A stretch of DNA of 64,000 nucleotides from NCBI RefSeq assembly GCF_028368995.1, contig NZ_JAQNDL010000003.1, positions 2,464,001-2,528,000 on the forward strand. The letters run 5' to 3'. The DNA comes from Nannocystis bainbridge. GTDB taxonomy: Bacteria; Myxococcota_A; Polyangia; Nannocystales; Nannocystaceae. The first letter of the stretch is position 1; every line of letters begins with the position of its first letter. Made by a program: the position numbers and the translations under genes. Shown piece by piece: positions 40,761 to 49,822 of the stretch. The notes under the pieces are model-generated. The model was not told the origin of the DNA, ran no database searches, and was given only the letters and a program-made list of their open reading frames with translations.

Positions 40761-41408
40761 ATGCAGAACGACCCCTCGCTGCAACCTCTGAAGCCGCTGC
40801 TCGATGCCCTGGCGTTCACCACCGAGTTCGGCCGTGAGCTCGGCGAGCTGGCGCCGACCGAGGCGCTGCGGGCCGGCCTGTCTCTCGGGACATCCACGCC
40901 GCTGCCGCCGGCCGACGACCGCGTCCGCGCCGCCGTGCGTGACCTGCTGCGCAAGGCCGGCTTCAAGCCGACCGGGCGCTCCAAACCAGCCTCGGAGTAC
41001 CTGCTCAAGGCGGCCGGCGACGGCTCGCTCGGCAGCATCAACGCCGCGGTCGACGCCTGCAACGTCGCCTCGCTCCACAGCGGCCTGCCGATCAGCGTCG
41101 TCGACCTCGACCGCGCGACCGCCCCGCTGGCGCTCGGCGTGCCGGCGCCGGGCACCAGCTACGTGTTCAACGCCAGCGGCCAGGTCATCGACATCGGCGG
41201 CCTGGTGTCGCTGCTCGACGCCGAGGGCCCGTGCGCCGGCCCGGTCAAGGACTCGCAGCGGACCAAGACCCACCCCGGCACCCGCCGCACCCTCTCGATC
41301 GTGTGGGGCACCACCCAGCTGCCCGGCCTCGCCGCCGCCACCGCCGCGTTCTACCGCGAGCTGCTGCACGGCCTCGGCGCGACCACCGAGACGGTCACGT
41401 TCGAGTAG
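40761..41408 (+). CDS. B3/4 domain protein (PheRS beta editing-like)
   Basis: FKPTGRSKPASEYL, INAAVDACNVASLHSGLPISVVDLD, VKDSQRTK. Confidence 0.85.
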   Translation: MQNDPSLQPLKPLLDALAFTTEFGRELGELAPTEALRAGLSLGTSTPLPPADDRVRAAVRDLLRKAGFKPTGRSKPASEYLLKAAGDGSLGSINAAVDACNVASLHSGLPISVVDLDRATAPLALGVPAPGTSYVFNASGQVIDIGGLVSLLDAEGPCAGPVKDSQRTKTHPGTRRTLSIVWGTTQLPGLAAATAAFYRELLHGLGATTETVTFE

Positions 41409-41476
41409 CCTCTCGGGACATGTCCTGTAGAGCATGCCCTCACGGACATGCTCTTGAGAGCATGCCCCTCAGGGCA
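41407..41476. repeat. Five-unit array of the 14-bp dyad filling a convergent spacer
   Basis: AGCCTCTCGGGACA TGTCCTGTAGAGCA TGCCCTCACGGACA TGCTCTTGAGAGCA TGCCCCTCAGGGCA. Confidence 0.85.
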
Positions 41477-43118
41477 CCTGGATCCCCTGCACCCCGGCGA
41501 GCACCGTCAGCTCGGCCTCGGTCTCGACCCCGGAAGTCTCGGCCTCGATGGTGTCGACGATGCGGAAGCGAGCCCGCATCTCGGTGCGAGTGAGGTCGAT
41601 CGTGACGTAGCCGCGCGAGTGGGCGTTGAAGTATTTAATTTGGGGGATCGTGCTGACGAGCTGCTCGATGGTCTCGGGCGGGACGTCGGTCTCCGAGCTC
41701 GAGGTGATCGAGGTGGTGACGATCTCGACCGCGACCACCGGCGCGTTGGTGTCGCCCGCGGTGGCGTTGAGGTCGGCCATGCCGCCGACGTGCAGGTCGC
41801 CGGCCAGGATCACCACGTTGCCCAGCTCCTCGGCGGCGAGGAAATCGAGCATGCGCTGGCGCGCCTTCGGGTAGCCGTCCCACTGGTCCCAGTTGATGAG
41901 CAGCCCGCTGAAGTCGACCTTTGAAAACACGATCTGCTGGGCGATGAGCTTCCAGATCGCCGGCGACGCCACCAGCCCCGCGGTCAACCACGCCTCCTGC
42001 TCCGGCCCGAGCATGTCGCCGTCCTCGGTCTCGAGCTCGCCGCAGTCCTCGCCCGGGTCGTCCATGCAAAGCTGGTCGGTGCGGTACTGGCGGGTGTCGA
42101 GCAGGAACAGCTCGGCCAGGTCGCCCCATGCGAAGCTGCGGTAGATCGTCAGCCCCTCCGGCGTCGGCGGGGCCACGCGGATCGGCATGTGCTCGTAGAA
42201 GGCCTGGTAGGCGGCGGTCCTGCGGGCCAGGAATTCGGGATCGTCGACCGCCGAGATGTCGGCCACGTAGTTGTTGTCGACCTCGTGGTCGTCCCAGATC
42301 ACCGCCCACGGGAACCGGTGGTGCGCCGCCTGCAGCTGGGTGTCGCCGCGGTACAGCGCGTAGCGATTGCGATAGTCGAGCAGCGTGCGGCACTCCTCGC
42401 TCATGTGCGAGCGCACCGGGCCGCTGTCGCCGTTCTCGTAGATGTAGTCGCCGAGGAACAGCACCAGGTCGAGCTCCTCGGCGGCCAGGTGAGCGTAGGC
42501 GGTGTAGTAACCGGTGGTGAACCGCTGGCAGCTTGCCGAGGCCAGGCGCAGCCGCTCGGGCGCGCTGTCCGGGGCCGGCAGGGTGCGCGTGCGGCCGACC
42601 GGGCTGGTGAATTCGCCGACGTGGAAGCGATAGAAGTACCAGCGGTCGGGCTCCAGGCCGGACGCGTCGACGTGCAACGAGTGGGCGAAGGTCGGGTCGG
42701 CGATCGCCTCGCCGCTGGCGACGATGTCGGCGAACGCGTCGTCGGTGGCGACCTCCCATGCGACCGCGAACGCGACTTCGGGCATGCCGCCGCCAGTCCG
42801 CGGATCGGGCGCGAGGCGGGTCCAGAGGATCACGCGATCGGCGAGCGGATCTCCCGACGCGACCCCGAGCGTGAACGGCGGCCCCGGCAGCGCCGGCTCG
42901 CCGGTGGTGCCGGTCGTCGTCGGCGCGCTCGTCGTCGGCTCGCCCGCAGTGGTGCTGCCGCCGGTGGTCGAGCTGCTGTGCCCGCCGGTGCCCTCGGTGC
43001 CCCCGGCGACCCCGCCGCACGCGCTCGCCGAGGCCGCGGCGACCACCTGCCACAGGAATTCACGGCGCGTCGGCGCGGTGCGAGGTCGCGGGCGGGGCGG
43101 GCGCGGCGGAGAGCTCAT
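41469..43118 (-). CDS. phoD: Alkaline phosphatase D, Tat-exported
   Basis: TRREFL Tat motif; GVASGDP, LGDYIYE, WDDHEVDNN, LDTRQYR, DQWDGY, GDLH. Confidence 0.93.
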   Translation of the reverse strand: MSSPPRPPRPRPRTAPTRREFLWQVVAAASASACGGVAGGTEGTGGHSSSTTGGSTTAGEPTTSAPTTTGTTGEPALPGPPFTLGVASGDPLADRVILWTRLAPDPRTGGGMPEVAFAVAWEVATDDAFADIVASGEAIADPTFAHSLHVDASGLEPDRWYFYRFHVGEFTSPVGRTRTLPAPDSAPERLRLASASCQRFTTGYYTAYAHLAAEELDLVLFLGDYIYENGDSGPVRSHMSEECRTLLDYRNRYALYRGDTQLQAAHHRFPWAVIWDDHEVDNNYVADISAVDDPEFLARRTAAYQAFYEHMPIRVAPPTPEGLTIYRSFAWGDLAELFLLDTRQYRTDQLCMDDPGEDCGELETEDGDMLGPEQEAWLTAGLVASPAIWKLIAQQIVFSKVDFSGLLINWDQWDGYPKARQRMLDFLAAEELGNVVILAGDLHVGGMADLNATAGDTNAPVVAVEIVTTSITSSSETDVPPETIEQLVSTIPQIKYFNAHSRGYVTIDLTRTEMRARFRIVDTIEAETSGVETEAELTVLAGVQGIQVP

Positions 43119-43224
43119 GCGCCGCCAGGATAGCGGAACGCGCGCCCCGCCGGTCCCGGGCGCGTCGCGGCCGCGTGACAACCGCGAGCGCGCCCGCCTC
43201 GCTGCCTCGGTACACTCGCCCGGC

Positions 43225-45084
43225 ATGCGTGTCTCGCCGCTCCTCCTCGCCCTCGCGCTCGGGGGCGCGTGTGCGACGGCCGTCGCTGCCCCCGCGCCGA
43301 CGTCCGCCGAGTGGTCGGCGCGCGAGCGCAAGCAATTGGTGCAGTACGAGGTGGCCCTCGCCGCTCCCGAGTCGCGCTGGCTCGAGATCGTCATGACCGT
43401 CGAGCAGCCTCGCGGTCGTCGCAGCGACGTCGCCCTGCCGGCGTGGATCCCCGGCTCTTATTTGATCCGCGACTTCGCCCGCAACCTCGACGGGATCGAG
43501 GTCACCGACGTCGCCGGGGTGTCGCTGCCGGCCGAGCGCCTGGACAAACAGACATGGCGCATCGGACATGGCGGAAAGAGCTTCCGCGCCCGCTACCGGG
43601 TGTGGGCCGACGAGCCCGGGGTGCGCACCAGCGTGGTCGACGACCGCCACGCGACCCTCAACGGCGCCGGCCTGTTCCTCTACCTCGTCGGCGAGACGGC
43701 GCGCCCGGCCGAGCTGCGCTTCACCGGCCTGCCGAAGGACTGGACCGTGCACGCCGCCCTGCCGCAGCCGACCCCTGGCACCCTGCGCGCGGCCTCCTAC
43801 GACGTCCTGGTCGACTCGCCGCTCGAGCTCGGCACGCCGGTGGTCCACGCGTGGGACGAGGGCGGCGCGCGCATCGAGCTGGTGTTCTCGGCCCCGGCCG
43901 GCAGCAACGCCGACCCCGAGCGGCTGGCCCGCGAGCTCAAGCCGCTGGTCCACGCCTTCGCGGTGGCGATGGGCGGCCTGCCGACCTCGCGCTACGTGTT
44001 CTTGATGCTCGCCGACGAGAAGGGCGACGGCGGGCTCGAGCACGCCGACAGCACGCTCATGCGTGTCCCGAGGGACATGTTCCAGGACGACGGCGGCTAC
44101 CGCCGCGCGCTCCACCTCGCCGGCCACGAGTTCTTCCACCTGTGGAACGCCAAGCGACTGCGCGACGCGGCGCTGGTGCCCTACGACTACGCGCGCGAGG
44201 ATTACAGCCGGCTCCTGTGGTTCCACGAGGGCTTCACCGAGACGATCGAGAACCAGATGCTGGTGCGCGCCGGGGCGACCACGCCGGACGAGTTCTTGCG
44301 CGAGCTCGCGGGCGCGTGGACGGCCTACTTGCAGAAGCCCGGGCGCAACCACGTGCCGCTGACGCAGGCCAGCGTCGAGGCGTGGGTCAAGCAGTACAAG
44401 CCGTCGCCGGGCCACCACGACACCACCATCAGCTACTACGAGAAGGGCCACCTCGCCGGCGTCTGCCTCGACCTCGAGCTGCGCCTGCGCTCGCATGGCA
44501 AGGGCTCGCTGGTCGGGCTGTTCCGCCGCCTGATGACCAGCCACGGCGCGCGCGGCAAGGGCATCACCTTCGACGACGTCGTCGCCGCCGCCTCGGCCGA
44601 AGCCGGCAGCGACGTGCGCGACTTCTTCCGCCGCTACGTCGAGGGCACCGACGAGCTTCCGCTTCCCGCGCAGCTGGCGCGAATGGGTGTCGAGGTCGAG
44701 ATTCGCGCGCCGTCGGCGAGTGAGTCATCGCCGCTGGCGGCCCGCCGCAAACAGGGCTGGTCCGGGCTCCTCTTCAACGACAGCGGCATCCGCAGCGTCG
44801 CCCTCGGCTCGCCCGCAGCGCTCGCGGGTCTGCTGCCCGGCGACGAGATCGTCGCCGTCGCCGCCCGCCGCACCCGCACCGCCGAAGAGGCCGCCGAGCG
44901 CCTGATGGACCACGCTCCCGGCCAGTCGGTCGAAGTCGCCCTCTTCCGCGGCGGCCGCCTGCTGCAGCGCACCCTCACGATCGCCGAGGACCCACGAAAG
45001 CTGGTCCGCTTCGCCGTTTCACCGACAGCAGAGTCTGCTGTCCGCGCCCTCCGCGACGCCTGGCTCTCGACTTCGCCGAAGTGA
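43225..45084 (+). CDS. M61 family aminopeptidase with PDZ domain
   Basis: PAWIPGSYLIRDF, GGLEH, HEFFHLWNAKR, LWFHEGFT, ISYYEKG, C-terminal PDZ. Confidence 0.92.
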   Translation: MRVSPLLLALALGGACATAVAAPAPTSAEWSARERKQLVQYEVALAAPESRWLEIVMTVEQPRGRRSDVALPAWIPGSYLIRDFARNLDGIEVTDVAGVSLPAERLDKQTWRIGHGGKSFRARYRVWADEPGVRTSVVDDRHATLNGAGLFLYLVGETARPAELRFTGLPKDWTVHAALPQPTPGTLRAASYDVLVDSPLELGTPVVHAWDEGGARIELVFSAPAGSNADPERLARELKPLVHAFAVAMGGLPTSRYVFLMLADEKGDGGLEHADSTLMRVPRDMFQDDGGYRRALHLAGHEFFHLWNAKRLRDAALVPYDYAREDYSRLLWFHEGFTETIENQMLVRAGATTPDEFLRELAGAWTAYLQKPGRNHVPLTQASVEAWVKQYKPSPGHHDTTISYYEKGHLAGVCLDLELRLRSHGKGSLVGLFRRLMTSHGARGKGITFDDVVAAASAEAGSDVRDFFRRYVEGTDELPLPAQLARMGVEVEIRAPSASESSPLAARRKQGWSGLLFNDSGIRSVALGSPAALAGLLPGDEIVAVAARRTRTAEEAAERLMDHAPGQSVEVALFRGGRLLQRTLTIAEDPRKLVRFAVSPTAESAVRALRDAWLSTSPK

Positions 45085-45209
45085 CGCGCGCTCCCGCCAG
45101 CGATCACCTAGGGGCGCGCGCGTGAGGTGTGCTTCATGATGTCCCAAGAGACATATCATGACAATCGCCGGCCCTGCGGCCGCGGTGATTCTGCGATTAC
45201 CATGATGGT

Positions 45210-46253
45210 ATGGACAGCGCGCATCCCGGGGCCCCCGGAGAGCTCGAGCCCTTGCTCTCGCCGGCCGACCGGCGCGACCCCACGCTCCGCCTCCGCAGCT
45301 GCCTCCGCGCCGACGACCTGATCGGTCGCTCGCCGCCGATGGTCGAGCTGCTGCGTCAGCTCTCGCAGCTCGCCCCGCTCGACGTCTCGGTCCTGCTCAC
45401 CGGCCCCTCGGGCACCGGCAAGACCCACATCGCCCGCGTCATCCATGCCTCGAGCCCGCGCGCCGCCGCCGGCAAGTTCGTCGAGCTGAGCTGCGCCAAC
45501 CTGCCCGACAGCCTCGTCGAGAACGAGCTGTTCGGCGCCGCCCCCGGGGCCCACTCGACCGCGATCAAGGCCGTCGAGGGCAAAGTGTTCGCCGCCCACG
45601 GCGGCACCCTGCTGTTCGACGAGATCGCCGAGCTGTCGCTGCCGGCCCAGGCCAAGCTGCTGCAACTGCTGCAGTCGCGCGAGTACTACCCGCTCGGCGC
45701 CAGCCGCCCGCGCGCCGCCGACGTGCGGGTGATCGCCGCCACCAACTGCGACCTCAAGGCCCGCGTCGCCCGCCGCGAGTTCCGCGAGGACCTCTATTAT
45801 CGCCTCCACGTGGTGCCGATCCGCGTGCCGTCGCTGACCGAGCGGCGCGACGACATCCCCGAGCTGGCTCAGCACTTCTGCGTGCGCGCCTGCGTGCGCC
45901 ACCGCCTGCCGCCGCTGCACCTGTCCCAATGGACACTCGTGTCGGCCCAGGCCGCCTGCTGGCCCGGCAACATCCGCGAGCTCGCCAACGCCGTCGAGGC
46001 CGCCGTCATCCGCGCCGCCGGCGAGGACTCGCGCGAGGTCGAGACGCGCCACCTGTTCCCCGCGCGCGAGCACGACCACGAGTCCGCCGGCCCGCTCAAC
46101 TATCGCGAGGCCCTGCGTTGCTTTCAGACCCAGCTGGTCCGCGGCACGCTCGTGGACAGCAATTGGAACGTGGCCGAGGCGGCGCGCCGCCTCGCCGTCA
46201 CGCGCGCGCACATGTACAACTTGATGCAGACGCTCGACATCTCGCGGCCGTGA
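45210..46253 (+). CDS. sigma54-type enhancer-binding AAA+ protein, no sensory domain, GAHSTA loop
   Basis: GPSGTGKT, ENELFG, GGTLLFDEI, FREDLYYRL, WPGNIREL, C-terminal Fis-type HTH. Confidence 0.9.
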   Translation: MDSAHPGAPGELEPLLSPADRRDPTLRLRSCLRADDLIGRSPPMVELLRQLSQLAPLDVSVLLTGPSGTGKTHIARVIHASSPRAAAGKFVELSCANLPDSLVENELFGAAPGAHSTAIKAVEGKVFAAHGGTLLFDEIAELSLPAQAKLLQLLQSREYYPLGASRPRAADVRVIAATNCDLKARVARREFREDLYYRLHVVPIRVPSLTERRDDIPELAQHFCVRACVRHRLPPLHLSQWTLVSAQAACWPGNIRELANAVEAAVIRAAGEDSREVETRHLFPAREHDHESAGPLNYREALRCFQTQLVRGTLVDSNWNVAEAARRLAVTRAHMYNLMQTLDISRP

Positions 46254-46634
46254 TCGCCGACCTCGACGCCGCGGCGTGACGCCGCGAACTCGCGCCGACG
46301 CGCGTGACGACCGTGTCGGCGAACTCCATGCGGCCCTCGATCACCGAGCTCGACGATGCGACGACGCTCGTCGCTAGCTGCCGCGCGCATGGATCCGTGG
46401 AGACCCTGTCCAGGCGACATGACATCCTCACGACCAGCACCTCGCCGCGGGCGCGTCCGCGCGGCGATTCGCCCCACCCGTCCCCGCGGGACCCCGCGAC
46501 CCCGCTCGATCCTGCGGAGATCCAGCAGATCGGGCCGAACCCTGCGTCCACTCCGCTGGACACCCGCGGACGCCTGTCGTCACCGGCTCTGGACAACGAA
46601 CCCGCGCACGACCGCGAGCGCGTCGTCGCCGGCC

Positions 46635-46650
46635 TGGAACGTGTTCTGCA
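46635..46650 (+). promoter_or_regulatory. sigma54 -24/-12 promoter
   Basis: TGGAACGTGTTCTGCA (GG-N10-GC), about 20 bp upstream of ATG 46671. Confidence 0.7.
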
Positions 46651-46670
46651 CTCCACTCTGCCAGGCCGTC

Positions 46671-47837
46671 ATGCGTCACCGTGCGACCCTCAGTTCACCT
46701 GTCCCTTCGACCAGATTCTCAGTGCGCGAGCGAGACCTCCGCGGCGAGCCGGTCGACCTCGACGCCACGCCGTCGGCGGTGCGCGTCGAGCTGCTCGGCG
46801 GAGCGCGCACGTTCGGCGTCACCGTGGTCCCGGCCGAGGCCGAGCCGGCCGCGGCGACGCTGACGGGCGCCCACCGGGCCGCCGCGCTGCGCGACCTCGA
46901 CGCCGCGCCCGGGACCCCGGAGCTGGCGCTGCTCCTCTATGTGGCGCTGCAGCGGGCGCGGATCTGGCGGCGCACGGCGGTGGTCAGCGCGGAGCCGTCG
47001 CTGGCGGCGGCGCCGATGCAGCTGTCGGCGCTGGCGCTGCGCGGGCTGCGAGCGGCGCCGCTCGACGAGGCCATGCACCGCCTGTTCGCCGCCTGCGACG
47101 ACGACGGGCGCGCGCTGTCGACGGGTCGCTTCGGCGCCGAGGCGACCGCCTGCCTGTCGCGCCACGCCGAGAGCTTCGCCGAGAACGCCTGGTGCCGGGC
47201 CGTGCACGCCGGCCGCCTCGCGCGCGAGCAGTACGTCGCCACCCTCGCCAACACCCATCAGTACGTCCGCTACACCCCGCGCCTGCTGGCCCGCGCGATC
47301 TCGGTGTGCGACGACGAACCGCTGCGCGACCACTTCACCCGCCACTTCCGCGGCGAACAGAAGCACGACCGCCTCATCGAGGCCGACCTCCGCTACCTCG
47401 AGGCCGACGTCGAATTCGTGCTGCGCGCGATGGTCCCGTGGGGCCCGACGCTCGCGTTCATGAGCGTGCAAGAGAGCATGGTCGCGTTCCACCAGGACCT
47501 CACCTGCTTCCTCGCCGCCCCGTTCGTCGCCGAGGGCCTGGCCGCTCGCGTCGGCCCGCTCGTCCTCGACGACCTCGCCGGCAACATCCGCCGCTGGGGC
47601 TACCGCGAGCCCGCCCGCGCGACCCGCTTCCTCGTCAGCCACGCGCGCGAGGACGGCGGCGACGATGGCCACTGGAGCGCCACGCTCGCCGTGCTCGCCC
47701 GTCAGCTGCGCGACGACACCACCCAGCAACGCTTCCTCGCCGCTCTTCACCTGGCCGCCGACGCCTTTACCGCCAGCTATGACGCCTATGTCGAATATCT
47801 CACCCTCTTCACCCCACCCCTCCTCGCTGACCCTTGA
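46671..47837 (+). CDS. Heme-oxygenase-like (PqqC/CADD-type) diiron redox enzyme with an extra N-terminal region
   Basis: YVATLANTHQYVRYTPRLL, GEQKHD (ExxH), AEG, SHAREDGGDDGH ligand pattern. Confidence 0.7.
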   Translation: MRHRATLSSPVPSTRFSVRERDLRGEPVDLDATPSAVRVELLGGARTFGVTVVPAEAEPAAATLTGAHRAAALRDLDAAPGTPELALLLYVALQRARIWRRTAVVSAEPSLAAAPMQLSALALRGLRAAPLDEAMHRLFAACDDDGRALSTGRFGAEATACLSRHAESFAENAWCRAVHAGRLAREQYVATLANTHQYVRYTPRLLARAISVCDDEPLRDHFTRHFRGEQKHDRLIEADLRYLEADVEFVLRAMVPWGPTLAFMSVQESMVAFHQDLTCFLAAPFVAEGLAARVGPLVLDDLAGNIRRWGYREPARATRFLVSHAREDGGDDGHWSATLAVLARQLRDDTTQQRFLAALHLAADAFTASYDAYVEYLTLFTPPLLADP

Positions 47838-48441
47838 AGCCTTCTGCGCCGCCGAGCGCCCCGACCTCGCCGAACTCTATTGCCTCGGTCAGGTCGAGAG
47901 CTACCGGCGCCACCCCGGCAGCGTCGCCGCGCTGTGGACCGTGCAGCTCGCCGAGGCCTTCGTCGTGCTGGCCCGCGCCCGCGACGGCACCGCCGCCGGC
48001 GGCATGCGCGTGCACCTGCGCCGGCCCGGCTCGCCGCTGCCGGTCGAGCAGGCCCTCGCGGCGGCCTGTCCCATCGAACAGGCGGTCGCGCGCGCCCGCG
48101 GCCCGCTGGTCGAGCTGTGCGGCACGTGGGTCGCGGCCGCGTGGCGCCGCACCGACCTCGCCGCGGCCCTGACCGGCGCCACCCTGGCGGTCGCCCGAGC
48201 CCTCGGGGCGGCGCAGATCGTCGGCTGCGCCCACCAGCACGTCATCGACCTCTACCGCCGCTTCGGCGCGGTCGTCGACGAGACGCTCGGCGTTCACGCC
48301 TACCCCGACCCGCGCTACCAGACCTGCGTGTTCTGGGCCGACCCGTTCGCCTGTCCCGAAGGCCAGCTCGTCGCGGCCTGGTCCGAAGCCCTGCGCGCCG
48401 GCCCCAGCGTCGAATTCGCGCCGCTGCCGCTCGCGGCCTGA
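47788..48441 (+). CDS. GNAT-fold, N-acyl amino acid synthase (FeeM)-like protein
   Basis: AGGMRVH...LPVE...VELCGTWVAAAWRRTDLA...HVIDLYRRFG...YPDPRY; start uncertain (47779 or 47788). Confidence 0.55.
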   Translation: MSNISPSSPHPSSLTLEAFCAAERPDLAELYCLGQVESYRRHPGSVAALWTVQLAEAFVVLARARDGTAAGGMRVHLRRPGSPLPVEQALAAACPIEQAVARARGPLVELCGTWVAAAWRRTDLAAALTGATLAVARALGAAQIVGCAHQHVIDLYRRFGAVVDETLGVHAYPDPRYQTCVFWADPFACPEGQLVAAWSEALRAGPSVEFAPLPLAA

Positions 48442-48446
48442 ACGCC

Positions 48447-48484
48447 TGCGCCGCGCTGCGAGCAGCCCCTCGCAGCGCGGCGCA
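48447..48484. terminator. 16-bp perfect hairpin after the two-gene operon
   Basis: TGCGCCGCGCTGCGAG-CAGCCC-CTCGCAGCGCGGCGCA; no U-tract. Confidence 0.55.
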
Positions 48485-48649
48485 CACAAAGATCGGCGAG
48501 ATGACTCTCGCAGGCCGACGCTCGCCGCAGAGCGACGGAAGCTTCCGCAGGCGGCGGGATGCCTGTCGCAGGGAGGCGAAAGGACGCCTCCCGAAGAGCG
48601 ACGCGCGCCGCTCTCGAGGCAACAGCCCCGCGGGGCCAACAGAGTCTAC

Positions 48650-48761
48650 TGACTCTCACGACATGTCCTTTACAACATGTCCTTTACAACATGTCCTTTA
48701 CAACATGCCCTTTATAACATGCCCGTTCGGACATGCCCCATGCAGCATGTCCGAACGGTCA
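48650..48761. repeat. Eight-unit array of the 14-bp dyad
   Basis: TGACTCTCACGACA, 3x TGTCCTTTACAACA, TGCCCTTTATAACA, TGCCCGTTCGGACA, TGCCCCATGCAGCA, TGTCCGAACGGTCA. Confidence 0.9.
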
Positions 48762-48795
48762 CGCGCGACGCCACGCCGGCCCGGCCTCCGCGGCC

Positions 48796-49752
48796 TCAGG
48801 CGTCGTGCTCGACGCGGCGGATGAACGCCTCGAGGATCGCCGACACCTCGGCCGCCTGCTCGCGATGGGCCCAGTGGTTGGCGTCGAGGCGGTGCACCTC
48901 GAGGTCCGCGGCCACCTCGGAGATGTCGTCGTAGACCTCGGGGCGCAGCGCGAAGTCGTGGGTCGGCACCATCAGGCAGGTCGGCACCTCGACCGGGCGC
49001 AGCTGCGGCCGGCGGATCAGCACCTGGCGGTACAGCGCCAGCGGCGTCAGGGCCGCCTTGCGCGTGCCCTCGGCGTCGAACTCGCGCAGCAGCGGGTCCT
49101 CCTTCGGCACCCCGCCGGCGCGCAGGGCCCGGACCCACGCTTTGGGGAACTGGCGGCCGATGACCTGCTCCGGCAGCCACGGCAGCTGGAAGAACAGGAT
49201 GTACCAGCTGCGCCGCAGCTGATCGAACAAGAACCCGAGCCGACGCGGCGAGCGGGCCGCGCGGATCAGGCTGCGCTGAAACAGCCCCGGGTGCGGCCCG
49301 GCCAGCACCGACAGCGAGCGCAGCCTTCGGGCGTAACGCGGCTCCTCGGCGAACATCCACGCCAGCGCCCCGCCCCAGTCGTGCGCCACCAGGTGGACCT
49401 GTCCTTCGGGACCGGCGACCTCGTCGATCACCGCCTCGATGTCGGCGAGGTAGCGCGCGAACGCGTAGCTCCCGGCCCCCGTCGGCGCCGTCGAGCGCCC
49501 CACCCCGCGCTGGTCGAACGCCGCCACCGGGTGCGTCTGCCCCAGCGAGGCCATCTGCAGCGACCACGTGTCGGCCGTGTCGGGGTAGCCGTGCAGGAAC
49601 AGCACCGGCGTGCGGCGCTCGCCGCGATCCTCCGCGCGGCTGCGCACGACATGGAGCGAGACGTCGTCGTGGGCCACGAACACGTGCTCGAGGCGAGCGA
49701 GCTCGGCATGAGAAGCGGCGCGGGCGTGGTCGTCGTCGGGGCGTCCTGACAT
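48796..49752 (-). CDS. Alpha/beta hydrolase (epoxide hydrolase-like)
   Basis: FLHGYPD, DQRGVGRS, AHDWGG nucleophile, SWYILFFQLP, ANHW. Confidence 0.9.
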   Translation of the reverse strand: MSGRPDDDHARAASHAELARLEHVFVAHDDVSLHVVRSRAEDRGERRTPVLFLHGYPDTADTWSLQMASLGQTHPVAAFDQRGVGRSTAPTGAGSYAFARYLADIEAVIDEVAGPEGQVHLVAHDWGGALAWMFAEEPRYARRLRSLSVLAGPHPGLFQRSLIRAARSPRRLGFLFDQLRRSWYILFFQLPWLPEQVIGRQFPKAWVRALRAGGVPKEDPLLREFDAEGTRKAALTPLALYRQVLIRRPQLRPVEVPTCLMVPTHDFALRPEVYDDISEVAADLEVHRLDANHWAHREQAAEVSAILEAFIRRVEHDA

Positions 49753-49822
49753 GGCCGCGCAAGCTTACACACCCCGGCGCGGACTTGCATGCCGGGCCGG
49801 TCGGGCCAAAGCTCGATCCCCG

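Noticed and set aside
41407-41476. Array junctions read RRRCATGYYY, like p53 half-sites
   Set aside because: This is a by-product of concatenating TGTCC-N4-GGACA. Isolated copies show that the 14-bp dyad is the unit, and p53 is irrelevant to a bacterium.
48650-48761. 14-bp arrays as a CRISPR array
   Set aside because: Units are contiguous, far too short, have no 25-45 bp spacers, and no cas genes are present.
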